Shown: piece after piece, positions 46,334-58,000 of the stretch | Position numbering within the stretch: position 1 is the first letter of the stretch | How the letters are laid out: the number at the start of each line of letters is the position of its first letter | Source of the DNA: Cladosporium halotolerans | Lineage: Eukaryota | Direction: 5' to 3' | Length of the DNA: 64,000 bases | NCBI RefSeq assembly: GCF_011745625.1 | Contig: NW_027191469.1 | Coordinates: 248,001 to 312,000 of the forward strand | Notes under the pieces: generated by a model | What the model was told of the DNA's origin: nothing | The model's input: only the letters and a program-made list of their open reading frames with translations | Databases searched by the model: none | Translations under genes and position numbers: made by a program

Positions 46334-47602
46334 TCACCTATCCCCAACCTTTGCCTTCCCTGACCCAGTTTTCGCGCCGGGCTCCAATCTCCTCCCATAG
46401 AACACCAACAAGATCCTGACCCAAACATAAGCCTTCAAAGCAGTCCAAAGGACCTTAGGCGACACCGGTAACCAGGGTTCGGGTTCCAGATGTTCATCGA
46501 AACTCTCTGCCAGGTCCATATACTTCTCCACCTCGTCCGTCACAACTCCGTCTAGACCTCTACGAATGCACCACTTCATGTTATCTTCGCCGTTTATCGT
46601 CCAGGAGAGCATCTTCCGTCTATACTTTTCTTGTGCGTCACGAAGGAACTTTCTACCGCCAGGCATGAGCAGCGCGTAGAACATCATGTTGAAGCCGACG
46701 TTTTCCACTTTGAAAAATTGCCGGGCGTAAGTCGTGCTGAATGCAATGTGCATGATCGGGAACCCAGGGAGATATTGTTGTGCCAAAGGCAGATACTTCG
46801 CAGCCCATACCCCAAGCACAACGCGCTGATTCCAGGGCGCAGACGGTTGCGAGGGAGTGGAAGCAACGGTCGACGCAATGAGCCGCATGATCTGATCCGC
46901 GTCATTGTCAAGCTTGATGTCCAGGAACACCCAAATGTGCTCGTTTCCGGGGCTCGCCAGAAACTCCAACAAATCCGTGAGTCGAGGCATAGGCTCGTGC
47001 GGTTCTTGCGTCGTCCGCAGATCCTTGATCTCGTCCCAAGTCTTGTCCAGAATCTTCTCGTCCCGGCCGAAACATCTCTTCAGACTGGCGTCATGGCTCA
47101 AGACCACCACTTCGTCCTTGGTGATGTGCAGGTCTGTCTCCACAGCGTGTGCGCCGGCGTCGACTGCGGCGCGAAATGCTTTCATCGTGTTCTCTGGGTG
47201 TTTGGCTTTGTACCCGCGGTGAGCGATGCATTGCGGTCGTCTGCGTTTTGAGGCGGAAAAGTGTGGTTGTATGAAAGTGAGTGGTGAGCAGGTAGGTGTG
47301 TCTGGAATGTGTGCTGGTGCAGCTATTTGACTGGCTCCAGGCCGGAGGAGCGTGGCAGGAACAGCATCTCGCGAAGGCAGGCGTGAGAGAAGTGGTTCAT
47401 CTTCCTGGGGCTGCGGTGTCATGTCTGACCTATGGCGGAGAAACTTGGGTGCTTGCTGGAAATAGGGACTCGGGCGGACAGATCTGAGAGCCGCAAAGGT
47501 ACTTGTCGTGATGCTGCGTCGATATCTCGACGTGTAGGTCAACGGGAGGAGCAGACGACGAGGTAGGGCGGCAGAAGGGTGAGTGAAATGAGAGGATGTC
47601 AT
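46334..47602 (-). CDS. Glycerophosphodiester phosphodiesterase (GDPD), Pgc1-like phosphatidylglycerol phospholipase C
   Basis: PQCIAHRGYKAKHPENTM, AVETDLHITKD..VLSHD, FLDIKLDND, VVLGVW, WTIN, GLDGVVTD, and a hydrophobic C-terminal segment. Alternative in-frame ATG at 47422. Confidence 0.9.
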   Translation of the reverse strand: MTSSHFTHPSAALPRRLLLPLTYTSRYRRSITTSTFAALRSVRPSPYFQQAPKFLRHRSDMTPQPQEDEPLLSRLPSRDAVPATLLRPGASQIAAPAHIPDTPTCSPLTFIQPHFSASKRRRPQCIAHRGYKAKHPENTMKAFRAAVDAGAHAVETDLHITKDEVVVLSHDASLKRCFGRDEKILDKTWDEIKDLRTTQEPHEPMPRLTDLLEFLASPGNEHIWVFLDIKLDNDADQIMRLIASTVASTPSQPSAPWNQRVVLGVWAAKYLPLAQQYLPGFPIMHIAFSTTYARQFFKVENVGFNMMFYALLMPGGRKFLRDAQEKYRRKMLSWTINGEDNMKWCIRRGLDGVVTDEVEKYMDLAESFDEHLEPEPWLPVSPKVLWTALKAYVWVRILLVFYGRRLEPGAKTGSGKAKVGDR

Positions 47603-48299
47603 GCTATACTACCTTTCGAGGCGGCATCATGCTGCCTGACCGTTTGTCGCGGTAGTCAAATCTCCGTTATATCCGGAGGAGCGCATCAACAGCCGCGCGC
47701 CACGAGGGTGTAGTGAAGTAGTGGGTGCCATGTAAGGGCGAGGATGATGTGAGGTCCACATGATCACCGGTGCATGCCGCTACCGGATCCCTGAAGCCCC
47801 GTGAGTGGTGGTGCTCCACGCGTGCTAGCCATCTTCGCGCGTCCTACCCGAACGTAGGGCAAATTAATGGATGCGAACGGGCGTGGGCTCCTGATCTAGG
47901 CGACAGTGGCGTAGTGATTTGAGTTCTCTTTGATTGCGGGGTGCGAAATGGCGCACGCCAGCAAGCAACTGACGTGTCTTCAGAAGCAGGCGAAAGCTGG
48001 CCTGACACCAGGGCTCGACAGGCCGGTGGGTTATTAGGTTAGCTAGGCGCGCATACGCTTCTTTTCAAGCCTCTTCCTCCTGCTGGGCATCGACCCATGT
48101 CCTAGTCAGAGGCGCGGAAGGGCCATCTTCCGAGTCTGTGGAGAGCTAGCACGCCACTCACGTTCGTGGCGTGTTTCCGTCCACTCACCGCTCCGGTAGC
48201 CTCCCGGATAAAATCAAAAACCAATACTCAAGAAGGATTTCGCTGGATTGTTTGACTGCCGTACAGTAATTCAAGGTAGTCATCAACGCTCTGCTTTCA

Positions 48300-48630
48300 A
48301 AAAAGTGTTCTGCCTGGGCATCTAAGCCCGTAGGATTCCTCCGGCTATGACGGTCTGGCACGACGCATCGTAATCGTCGCGCAGGTTTTCCAGGTTTCAT
48401 GGGCCCCTTGGCCTACCTTGAAATGTAGCTGTATTCAGAATCGTAGTGAATACTTCACAATCATCCTCTAGGTGTTCCGAAAGCGATAGCAGGGGTGTCA
48501 ATCCTGAAGATGCAGCGCTACAGAGAAACTCGCATGGCAAAACAAACTTCAGTGCGCCGTTTTTCCCTTGCCAATGTTCACATACGCCGCCGAGAAGGCG
48601 GCGAAGGTATGGGGATACAGCAGCGCGCAT
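48300..48630 (-). pseudogene. Possible degenerate BTB/POZ-domain gene remnant
   Basis: Short ORF with KFVLPCEFLC..S and LEDDCEVFTTIL loosely resembles fungal BTB motifs. Stops interrupt the continuation. Weak. Confidence 0.2.
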
Positions 48631-48898
48631 AATGCTTGCAGTTTTTGATAAGCGGGCTGACCTTAAATCTCACTACGGAGGAGACACTGAACATTTACGC
48701 TCGTATGCGCCAGAGTCTGGCGAAGCCCTCTAAACCCCCTCCGGTAATTCAGATCGCATTGACACTTTCGAGTACTTCACGTTGATCCTGCCAACTCATA
48801 CCTCCACAACGCCACGATATTTGAGACTTCAAACAAATCGATTAATGGAACAAAATTCGGGATAGCAATATTCTTCGTTAGGGAATGGATCTTGCCCG

Positions 48899-49361
48899 CT
48901 ATTCGTCAAGCGCTGCGACCTCTATCTCCACTCTCATCTCAGGATAAGCAAGTTTTGCAACACCAATACAAGTCCAAATCGGTTGGTGATCCGGAATCCA
49001 AGCCTTAAGGTTACGCACCATCGCAGCAAAGACTTCGTCATTCAGGACGACGTGGTAAGTGGTCACGCGGAAGACCTGAGACCAGCCTTTGCCACCCGCA
49101 GTACGGATGGCAAGTTCGACATTTTCGAAAGCTTGGTCGATCTCGCCGCTGAGATCGGGCGAGTAGTCACTGCCAGTAGCCGGATTCCAACCACCTAAAG
49201 ACCAGTGTCAAAATCGGACCTCGCGGCTGCCTGACATTAAAAAGGACTGTACCTTGACCGGCACATTCGATCCTATTCCCGATTCTTACAGCTTGGCTGT
49301 AGTATGCCGACTCCCTTGCAGTCTGACCGTAGCCATCGTATGCAAAGAATTGAGCAGGCAT
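48899..49361 (-). CDS. Rid/YjgF/YER057c/UK114-family protein; intron 49252-49195
   Basis: Spliced MPAQFFAYDGYG..YYSQAVRIGNRIECAGQGGWNP..EIDQAFENVELAIRTAGGKGWSQVFRVTTYH..HQPIWTCIGVAKLAYPEMRVEIEVAALDE*. Confidence 0.9.
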
Positions 49362-49929
49362 GGTAGTTTGAGCGTAGTAGAAGTAGGAGTTGAAGAGCGT
49401 GCGTGGTGTATCTGATGGACTCGAAGAATTTGATACAAGACGCGTGTAGTGGTACAAGTACTTACCTTCTTCTTAAATAATTTCCATTCCGCTCCGGACA
49501 AGACCGTGTGGCTTGCGATTAACAATGATGTTACCGCTGTCGAAAGACACCGGAGTTGGAGAATTGGAGAATTAGAGGGTCTCGGCTGAACGTCTCCGAT
49601 GAAAAGTGGGACCCTTATGATCTCCAACATCTCCAAGTTTGACCTTCTCAATTGCGCCATGGTAACGCTAATCTGTTAGGACAGCATATAACAATATCAA
49701 GGAGGACCGTAACAGGATTATCGTAACCAGGGAGATCGGTCTAGGCTGTTCTCACGCTCGTCCGCGCGGCATTACTATTCCTCTCGACGTCGATGATTCC
49801 TACAAGATCTCTTAGACATTTAAATCTTGCTTGTTGTGAGAGTAGCGTAACAAAAGCGTTCATCTGGTCGACCACAGATCCAGCTAGTGGAAGATTCATA
49901 GAACCATCAGGAACGTCAGAACGACGTGA

Positions 49930-52338
49930 TCAGCCAAGCGCCGTTTCCGTAGCATCCTGTGCAAGAATGGTGAATGCGGCGCTTATGTGGCGTATGACAG
50001 GCCACATCAAGTTGCCGGAGTAGACTCGAGACCAGAGGTGGAGCACGACAGCGCCGAGTTGTGCGAGATGCAGTCCCTCAACATTATTGTCTTGGAGGCC
50101 GATTTCGTGTGGCTCAAGTATCTCTAAAGATTCTCTGACCAAAGCCCGGACCCACGAGATAATGCGAGCTTCCGCGCCTGATATACAAGTCAGTTTGTAT
50201 GCTCAGACATGACAGACTCGTATGTGGTCACTAAACCTGTGACGCCTAGCTGCGCTGACGTAGACTCCACTTCCAGCAGCCATTTCCAGAGAAATACGCC
50301 GCACTCAAGAGCGCATATGGAATGCTGACAGCTCCAGAAATACATCTGACTGCGACAAACATAGTCTAGTCCCATCCGCACTGGTAGGCTCAGCGCGTGC
50401 ACCGCATACAGCAAGGCTGTTATGACTCTTGGTCCTCTGCCGGGGTTTTTGGCACGGGCGAGGCTCGTAGCCATAGCGTTTGGGTCGCGGCTTTCGAGTC
50501 GGCGGCACGGCCCAAGGTCAAGGTGTAGGCGAATGGAAGCCAGAGCGAGGAAAGCGATGGACGTGAAAGGTAACGGACCATCTACGTTCTGCGGATTGAG
50601 AGTGGAGCCTGGATCGCGTCGCCATGCGCTCTTCCATCGCTGCAGGGCTGATCTATATAGACGTTAGCATGAGCAAGGCACTTCAGAGTTATGTTGATTG
50701 TACTCTAGTAGGTCCAGGTCGCATTCACGAAGAGCTATCGCACTAATGGATTGCATTTGTCGTGCTAGTAGAATTTTCTGGAGAAGACCTTGCAACAGAA
50801 CGAACAGGGCCAAGGGAGACAGCCATGAAGGGCCATGTACGTTCTGTACACTGTCTTGATCAAAGAGCAAATGGTTAAGGCCCTCCTGAAATGATAGAGT
50901 CGGCAAATCGGTTGTCTTCAATCGGTTCCACGCACTTGCACTCACCGCTGCCCACTCCGCTGAAGCACATGGCAAGTAGAGATCTATCTCTGTGGCAAAC
51001 ACAAGTGGGGGGGTGTTGTAAGTGATAGCCAGGACGTTAAGATATGCGAAGCCAATGAGCTTTGTCCGTCTTCGACGCTCGGCGGACACCCAATTCTGCC
51101 ACTCATCGGGTCGAGTCCTCCCTTCCAGATCATGCAGGCCGTCCTGATGCAAAGCATGCGCGAGAGGTATTTGCAACTCTAGTGCTTCAGATAGTAGTGC
51201 CGGATCGTCCATCCAGAGCGAGAAGGCCATCAGCAATATAATCGTACTAATGTTGTCCAGATTTCCACAATCGGCTCCTGTCGGAGGAAGGACAGAATCT
51301 GCCAGGGAACTCTGATTCCGACATCGTCTCAGTCGTTGCAGCGTGATTCGTCGTGCTGTAGAATAAAGCTCCAGCCCATTGGAGAATTCAAATCGGTACT
51401 GAGCTCCAATGGCGGCGAGAGCAAGTGAAAGCTCGGGCGGACATGCCTCGATTGAATAAGTCGGCATATGAAGCATGGGATAATGTTTATGGAACATATC
51501 GGCGTAGCTCTGAGAGTAGCGAGTCAAAGTATGGCGGGATGGCAGACGAAATGCCGGACCTGATGGAGGAGAGGTCGCTGCGATTCGGGAGGCAAGATTG
51601 TTCCTGCTGGCTTCAGATATCCGCCAGACAAATTGAGGCGCCTGCAGCTGGGAGTAACCATGATATTCATGGTCAGAAGCACAAGGGTCGAGACCTGCAA
51701 AGCCGTCCTCCTCGTCGTCGTCAATGAACCTTCGGGGAGTACAGCCCTGGTGTAGCTGCGTACCAGCTACTGTCGGCGAGCTCGCCATAGTCGGGAAGCC
51801 GAGTTCTTGGTCATCGACGTCGTTCCATGAGAGATCCATGCCAGCTGACCCAATGAAGGTTGTAAATTCTTCAAAGACATCGGGAAAAACGTATGGGTCC
51901 GGAAGCGCTTGGGAAGAATCTTGCTCAGCAAAGATCTCAGGTGGCCCCGCTAAGGTTGGGGTGGGTTGTGAAGCCAGTGAAGCGTGGTGGCGAAGCTCCT
52001 CCGCCGTTGGATCAGTCCCATGCCCCTGGTGCGGTGACGACGCAGTGCCCGAAGCGCTTGACGATGGAACATGGACCCCAGTAGTACCAAGCTCGCGTGT
52101 TCTGTGGCGCTTGAGTAGGTCATTGCGGGTGAATGATCGGCCACAGGAGCAGCGGAAGGGCCTTTCTTTGGTGTCTGGAGATTTGTGGTCAGCCTAATCG
52201 AATACGCCGCCACTTGCCTACTGTGCCCGACCTACGTGTGCGAACATGGCGTTGGAGATGCTCCAGACGCGCGAAACGCCTTTGACAATACGGACATGCG
52301 TTGTCATTCGACACCGTAGAGCCAGATTGCGGCATCAT
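49930..52338 (-). CDS. C2H2 zinc-finger transcription factor with fungal-specific TF (middle homology) domain; introns 52235-52175, 50703-50653, 50236-50178
   Basis: CPYCQRRFARLEHLQRHVRT|HTKERPFRCSCGRSFTRNDLLKRH. Also LPSRHTLTRY..FHKHYPMLHMPT..LALAAIGAQYRFE, ERRRRTK, LPC...W, GPLPFTS, HALSLPVRMG, WSCQHS. Confidence 0.88.
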
Positions 52339-52543
52339 CAATCGGGCAGAGGCAAAGATTCGCTGAACACCTGCGACGTCTGAGACCACGCTTTGCGATA
52401 ACTCCTGCCCTCGCGTATCTCACTTTTATGCAGGGTTTGTCATTAAAAGTATTGTGTTACGCTGAATCTGACGTCTGTCTCTGAATGCGCCGGTCTCGAA
52501 TCATGGAGTACGAAGTCCCGTCCGCGACTCTGACAGATAGAAA

Positions 52544-52580
52544 TTAGGTTAGAATGGGTTCCATAGGGTTAGGGTTAGGG
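52544..52580 (+). repeat. Interstitial telomere-like TTAGGG repeats
   Basis: TAGGG TTAGGG TTAGGG at 52564-52580, preceded by degenerate ttaggttagaatgggtt. Confidence 0.6.
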
Positions 52581-53175
52581 CACGATACTTTCGTTGCTAG
52601 TCCACAAGATATAAACTTAAGAGACTCTAAACATGAATCTACTACTCACTAAAAAGAACGGACTATGTTAAGTATTAGTGGGTAGCTGTCGAAGTCCAAA
52701 CACGGAGGATGCGTAGTGTGAGGCGCGGGCGGAGGTCCACGCTTCAAGAGAGAGTAGTAGGACAACCGAGTTTCATCCGAGCCTTCTCGACCGAACGGCC
52801 AAACAAAGAACTTGCGATTGCAGACATGAGATGTCCTTGCGTATAGTTCCAGAAGACAGACTGATCATCTTCGCTGCGCTCTCATCCGCAATAAATTCCG
52901 TGAGAAATCCATGAATATAACCAGGCTGACGTGGAAGATGTGTGTGGCTATGGCACTATCGGTTCGCATGTTGTCATGTGTCAATCCCGTCACGCTCAGA
53001 GATACTCATTCGAGTGAGCATATTTCTCATTCCAATGCCCTACGAAACATTGCGGTGGATCGTAGGATACATGTCGTAGTCAATCATCATGTATTTTCTC
53101 GTCTATGCTGTAGGTATCTCTAATCCTTCATCTCTATTCGCCATTCGCTAAAAAGAATCAACGGAAATGAACATT

Positions 53176-54303
53176 TCAAGCCGAAGCCTTGGTCTGCTTC
53201 TGGAGCGCCTCAGAGAACGGGTAGTCAGTGTAGCCCTTCTCCTGCTTAGCGTTGTAGAACAGATCGCGGTCGTACGGCGTAAGCTCAATGCCGTTCTCGA
53301 TCCTGTACACCAGATCAGGGGTAGAGATCCAGTAGCGGCCAAAAACGATCGCGACGTCTTTGTCCTTGTACTGCTTGTCGACAGCCGAGCGCGAGCTGTC
53401 GGGCTTGAAACCGCCGGCCAGGAAGATGGGCGACTGGTTGCCCCAGAGCTCGATGAAGGGGTCGTTCTTCTCCGTCGCCTCGATGTCGGCGTTGCCGGCG
53501 ATGCGGGACTCCACGAGGTGCAGGTAGGCCAGGTTGAGCTCCTTGAGGCCCTTGATCAGGTGGGTGAACTGCGGAATCGGGTCTTCCATCTTCATGCCCT
53601 GGAAGGAGCTCCAAGGCGACAGGCGGATGCCGGTGCGCTCTGCGCCGACAGCGTCGACAACGGCCTTCGTGACTTCGAGCCCGAAGCGAGAGCGGGCCTC
53701 AACGCTGCCGCCCCACTTGTCGGTGCGCTTGTTGGCAGTGTCCTGGGTAAATTGGTCGATGAGGTAGCCGTTAGCTGCGTGGATCTCTACGCCATCGAAG
53801 CCGGCCTTCTTCACGGCGTTGGAAGCAGCTTGGGCGTAGTCCTTGATGTACTGCTGGATCTCGTCCTCCGTCAGGGGACGGGGAGCGGGGCTGTTGTCGG
53901 ACATCGGAAGGTCAGAGGAGGAAACGACGTCGCCGGTGCCGTTTGCCTGCTTGAACTCGGCGCTGGCGGTGCGGCCGAGGGCCCAAAGCTGGAGCCACAG
54001 GTAGCTGCCCTTTGCGTGGACAGCGTCGGCGACCTCTTTCCAGGCGGCGATCTGCTCGTCTGTGAAGATGGCGGGCACATTGGGGTAGCCGCTAGCCGGG
54101 GGAGAGATGATGGTGGCTTCGGTGATGAGAAGAGTGCCAGGAACGACGGCACGCTGCTGGTAGTATTCCTTGACCATGGGGAGAGGGACGTGGCTATCGT
54201 CGGCGCGGAAACGAGTAAGAGGAGCCATCACCAGACGGTTGGAGAGCTTGTTGGGTCCGACCTGGAGAGGCTCAAAGAGCTTGGATTGAGGAATGCTGCC
54301 CAT
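53176..54303 (-). CDS. Old yellow enzyme (NADH:flavin oxidoreductase / ene-reductase), intronless
   Basis: LFEPLQVG, VMAPLTRFRA, LLITEAT, QLWALGR, GFDGVEIHAANGYLIDQF, NKRTDKWGGS, GIRLSPW, LAYLHLVESR, FGRYWISTPDL, GYTDYPF. First ATG at 54303. Confidence 0.95.
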   Translation of the reverse strand: MGSIPQSKLFEPLQVGPNKLSNRLVMAPLTRFRADDSHVPLPMVKEYYQQRAVVPGTLLITEATIISPPASGYPNVPAIFTDEQIAAWKEVADAVHAKGSYLWLQLWALGRTASAEFKQANGTGDVVSSSDLPMSDNSPAPRPLTEDEIQQYIKDYAQAASNAVKKAGFDGVEIHAANGYLIDQFTQDTANKRTDKWGGSVEARSRFGLEVTKAVVDAVGAERTGIRLSPWSSFQGMKMEDPIPQFTHLIKGLKELNLAYLHLVESRIAGNADIEATEKNDPFIELWGNQSPIFLAGGFKPDSSRSAVDKQYKDKDVAIVFGRYWISTPDLVYRIENGIELTPYDRDLFYNAKQEKGYTDYPFSEALQKQTKASA

Positions 54304-54705
54304 CTTTGCGAGTATAAGGTATGTGTTGAGAGTGATCGGAGTGGTGAGATCAATGTCGCACGGCAACAGAAGAAACTGGCTTTGTAGAAAGCAGTGGTGT
54401 GTGAAGGCAAGGAGATAAACTGACTGGAAAATGCGTCCTTGGCCTACCTTATATTGCTAGATATGATACCAATGGCCTACCCAAAGTGATTTATCAGCTG
54501 TAAAAAGCACGCGGCAGCCCTAGCATGGCAACCGCGGACGCTTGATGACATTCGTAAGTCTTCCACGGCCCACTACGCCTCTATCGGCACGCGTTGAGCT
54601 GAGTAGTGGCGAGGCGGCGGGGCCCGTGTTCGATTACTGAGCTTTTTCTCGGCGTTTTCTCGAAAGCCTGATGGCGTAAGCGGCTGCGGCGGCGCGGGAT
54701 GAAAC

Positions 54706-54771
54706 ATCACGTGACAAGGTTCACGCGGATCAGAGAGTATCACGTGATACATGACTACCAACACTCACGTG
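54706..54771. promoter_or_regulatory. Triple TCACGTG (bHLH E-box) cluster ~400-470 bp upstream of the OYE gene
   Basis: CACGTG at 54708, 54741 (inside the perfect 14-bp palindrome GTATCACGTGATAC) and 54766, plus TCACGCG at 54721. Confidence 0.55.
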
Positions 54772-55013
54772 CCTGAGTTGGTCGATTGGATGTCGAGGTA
54801 ACGACACCGCTATTCAAGGCAGCCACAAGGTCATTTAGCGAGGACAATTTCTTTCCTCTCCAACCGGCTAATCCAAGGGTCTAAAGAGTATTTCATTAAG
54901 TCATGCAGGCATGACGATCGTGGAACTCACTACAGGCGGTCGATCAACGAAGCCACCTGCTTGACACGGATTAAAAGCGCAACGAAAACAAATTAAAAGA
55001 AAAGCAGACGCTT

Positions 55014-58000
55014 TCAGCCAGTCTCAGTCTCGACACCAGGCTGCCTCCCCTCCAGACCTCCAGTGATCTTATTCTTCACCTTCCTCATGCCAATGATGCC
55101 CTCGTCCTTGGCGAACTTGAGGTTCCTGGCGGGCTTCCACTGCATCATGCCCCTCTGCTTCCTCTCCTCGGTCCTCTTGTTCTGCTTGTTGACGTCCTTC
55201 TGCGACATATCTGTGTTCGACGTGTCGTTGGTGCCGGCAGTCCAGCCGGACTCCATCGAGCGAGCAGAGCCCATCGATTGCCTGCCGTGCTCTGCGTCCT
55301 GAATGCCCAAGTCGGAGCTGCTGCCGTCGTTGTCGTCTTCGTCGGAGTTGGCAGTGCCGTCCGTAGCATTAGCGGCGGCTTCACGCTCCTCGTCGGTCAT
55401 AGGTTGCTCGGCGCCAGGCTCGCGGCGCTTCTTGCCAGAAGTGTCCATAAAAGCCGCCGGGTCGTCACCAAAGGCACCGGACCAGTCCGCGCCGGTCTTC
55501 GACAGCCACTTCTGCTTCTCCTCCGGTTCCACTTCCTTGAGCACATCGCGTCCCTGGGTAAGCGACTCGTCGTGCAGAGTTTGAACGCGCTCAGGCAGCT
55601 CCTTGTCAACCTTGTGGGCGCGGACGCCCTCAGCGCGGCAGCATTCCCAGGTCTCGTAGGTCTCGCGCGAGCTGTTGTCCATGACGAAAGCCTCGTGACT
55701 GTCATCCATGCCAGCGTTGAAGACACCAGAGAACTGGAGGCGACCGACTTCCTCGAGATCATCCAGTCCAGGAAGCTTCTCTTGCTTGAGGATCTCCGGG
55801 GTGATGTAGTTCTGAGTGAGGCGATCAGGTGCCTTGGTCCTGTAGATCGGGATGTCAAGCTCTGTAGGGTCGTTGTCGATGAGAGTGTGGAGCCAGAAGA
55901 CAGCATAAGCATCGGGCTTGCGGTGGTTGGCGATGTGGAACTCGAAAACGACCGGGCTGCGGTAGCGGTACTTGACGGGCAGACGAAGGGGTTTGTCGTC
56001 ATGCTTGTGATTGACCTTGTTCAGATCCCAGTAGTATCCAGTCTCGCCCTCGCCAAGGGCATGGCATGCTTGACGGCCGATCTTGCCAATGGAGCCACCG
56101 GTTCTGAGCTTCAGGCGGGCGTGGTGGTTGTAGCCCTTGGCAGTGACACGCTCACCAGAGAACTGGAATGTACCGACAGAGAAACCGAGCTGCTGAGGGG
56201 GCAGGCGAGTCTCGACAGAACGGAAGAGAAGGCTGATACGAATGCGTCCGAAACCAATACCGCCGTCAAGCGGGTACCAACGGGTGACTTGCGAGGAAGT
56301 TTCGAGGATGTCGCTGAGTTTCAGAGGAACCACACCGAGGATTGGATCGTGCTCACGGTGACGAGAGTCGCGAACCGTGACGGTGATGATTGCGCTGCGC
56401 CAATCGCGGATAAAGCGTTCCGTACCAGCGTTGAAGATCGGCTTGCTGCTGACGGCCTTCGCGCGGGTACGGTAGACAAGTTCATCGTTGTAGAGGATGG
56501 TGCAGTAGCTGGTTGGCAACTCGCTGCCCTCTTCGTCGGTGCCTTCGCCGTATGCACGAGCAGGCTCATACTCGCGACCTTTGCGGCTGCCAATGGTGCC
56601 CTTGATGTTTTCATATTCCAGGTTGACGATCTGGTGAACAACGATTGAACAGATACCGCTGGGCCAGAGAGGGTCAGGCGGAGTGTGCTGCACAGCGTCA
56701 TCTTGTTCGTTGTTGACTGCGCCCTTCTCGTCTTGAAGCTCGGGGTTGTCGCGAAGAGTTTCAGGCAGAGCCTTATTCTTGCCATCAGTACGCAACGCAG
56801 GGCGATACTGCGGCTTGCCAAAGAATCCGACTTCCCAGCGAAGTTCACCGGGCATCTCGGAGCCATCGTCCATGCCAGAAAGTTTCGAAACTTGAGGGTA
56901 CATTTTGCCTGGGTGCTGAATCATCTTCTGCATGCTGAGCTCGACCTTACCAACGATGTCGTCGGCAGAGTGACGATCAGAGTCCCAAAGCTCTACACTC
57001 AAGTTCTCGTCCGCCTTGATCAACTCGGGAGTAACCAGGACCGCAGCGGTCTCTTCCCAGATGGGGTTCAAGTCATCAGTGATGACGCGGGTACAGTACA
57101 TCGGCTTGCCGTACTTGCTGAAGGACAAAGTGATGTAAGGGTCAGAGCCGCCCCATTTGGAGCCGCGCTTGTCCTGCTTGCTCAGACCAACAGCACGGTG
57201 GATACGAATCCAGAGAACACCGAGTGCCTGTGTATCCTTGGTGATATCGTCGCCCTGCAGCATGGCACGCATGTCGAGACTCATGCTCTTGGGAGCGACG
57301 TACATGCTGGCAGCCGCACCAATGGCGTAGTTGACGAAGTTGGAGATCAGTGGGAGGTTCAGAATGTTGGGGGCCTTCTCCATCATGGGAATGCAGCCAG
57401 CTTGGACGTGCGGAACGCCCATGAGAGTGAAAGTGAGTGTCTTCAGGAAAGGTGGTTCAGGGGTCATGGCAAGACGCAGGCGCACCGTTCCTACTAGCTC
57501 CTGCAGTTCGACGAAAATCGGCAATGGGACACCGAAAAGCCCCTTGATACCCAGGTAGAAAACCAGTTGCATGTGCATGTTGCGAGCCTTGTCGGAAGCA
57601 CGCTTGCCGCTTGGGGCGGCGTGGTAGGCGAAGCTGATCTCGAGGTTGTAGTAGTCACCACCCTCCTCGTCGGCGGCAGCTTCTTGAGGGTCCTTGGTCT
57701 TCTTGTTCTCCTCATGGATTGATTGTTTCAGCTCTTTCATCTGGTTGTCAGGAAGCGCGCGCAAGCTCAGGATACGAATAGGATTGGATCCCTGATCGAT
57801 CTCTGCGACGCGGACATTCTCAATCACGCCAGGAACGGAAGCCTGCATGACATCCTCGAGGGTATCGCCAACGGCCGCGAACATTTCCGGGTTGACTAGG
57901 CCCCAGACGATGCCAACAAGGGTATTCATCCACTCAACACTTTCCGGCAGAAGATTAGTGGTCGCGGTCTTTCCTCGCTCTTTCTCACTCTCCCACTCCA

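Noticed and set aside
52564..52580. Telomerase RNA template or true chromosome end
   Set aside because: Only ~3 repeats in a short intergenic gap with genes on both sides; no room or supporting structure for a telomerase RNA.
53167..54387. 406-aa ORF antisense to the OYE gene
   Set aside because: Mirror ORF expected from strong C/G third-position bias in the real gene; no recognisable motifs.
55278..57497. Long + strand ORFs (456 aa, 270 aa) opposite the Mug190-like gene
   Set aside because: Antisense shadows of a codon-biased CDS.
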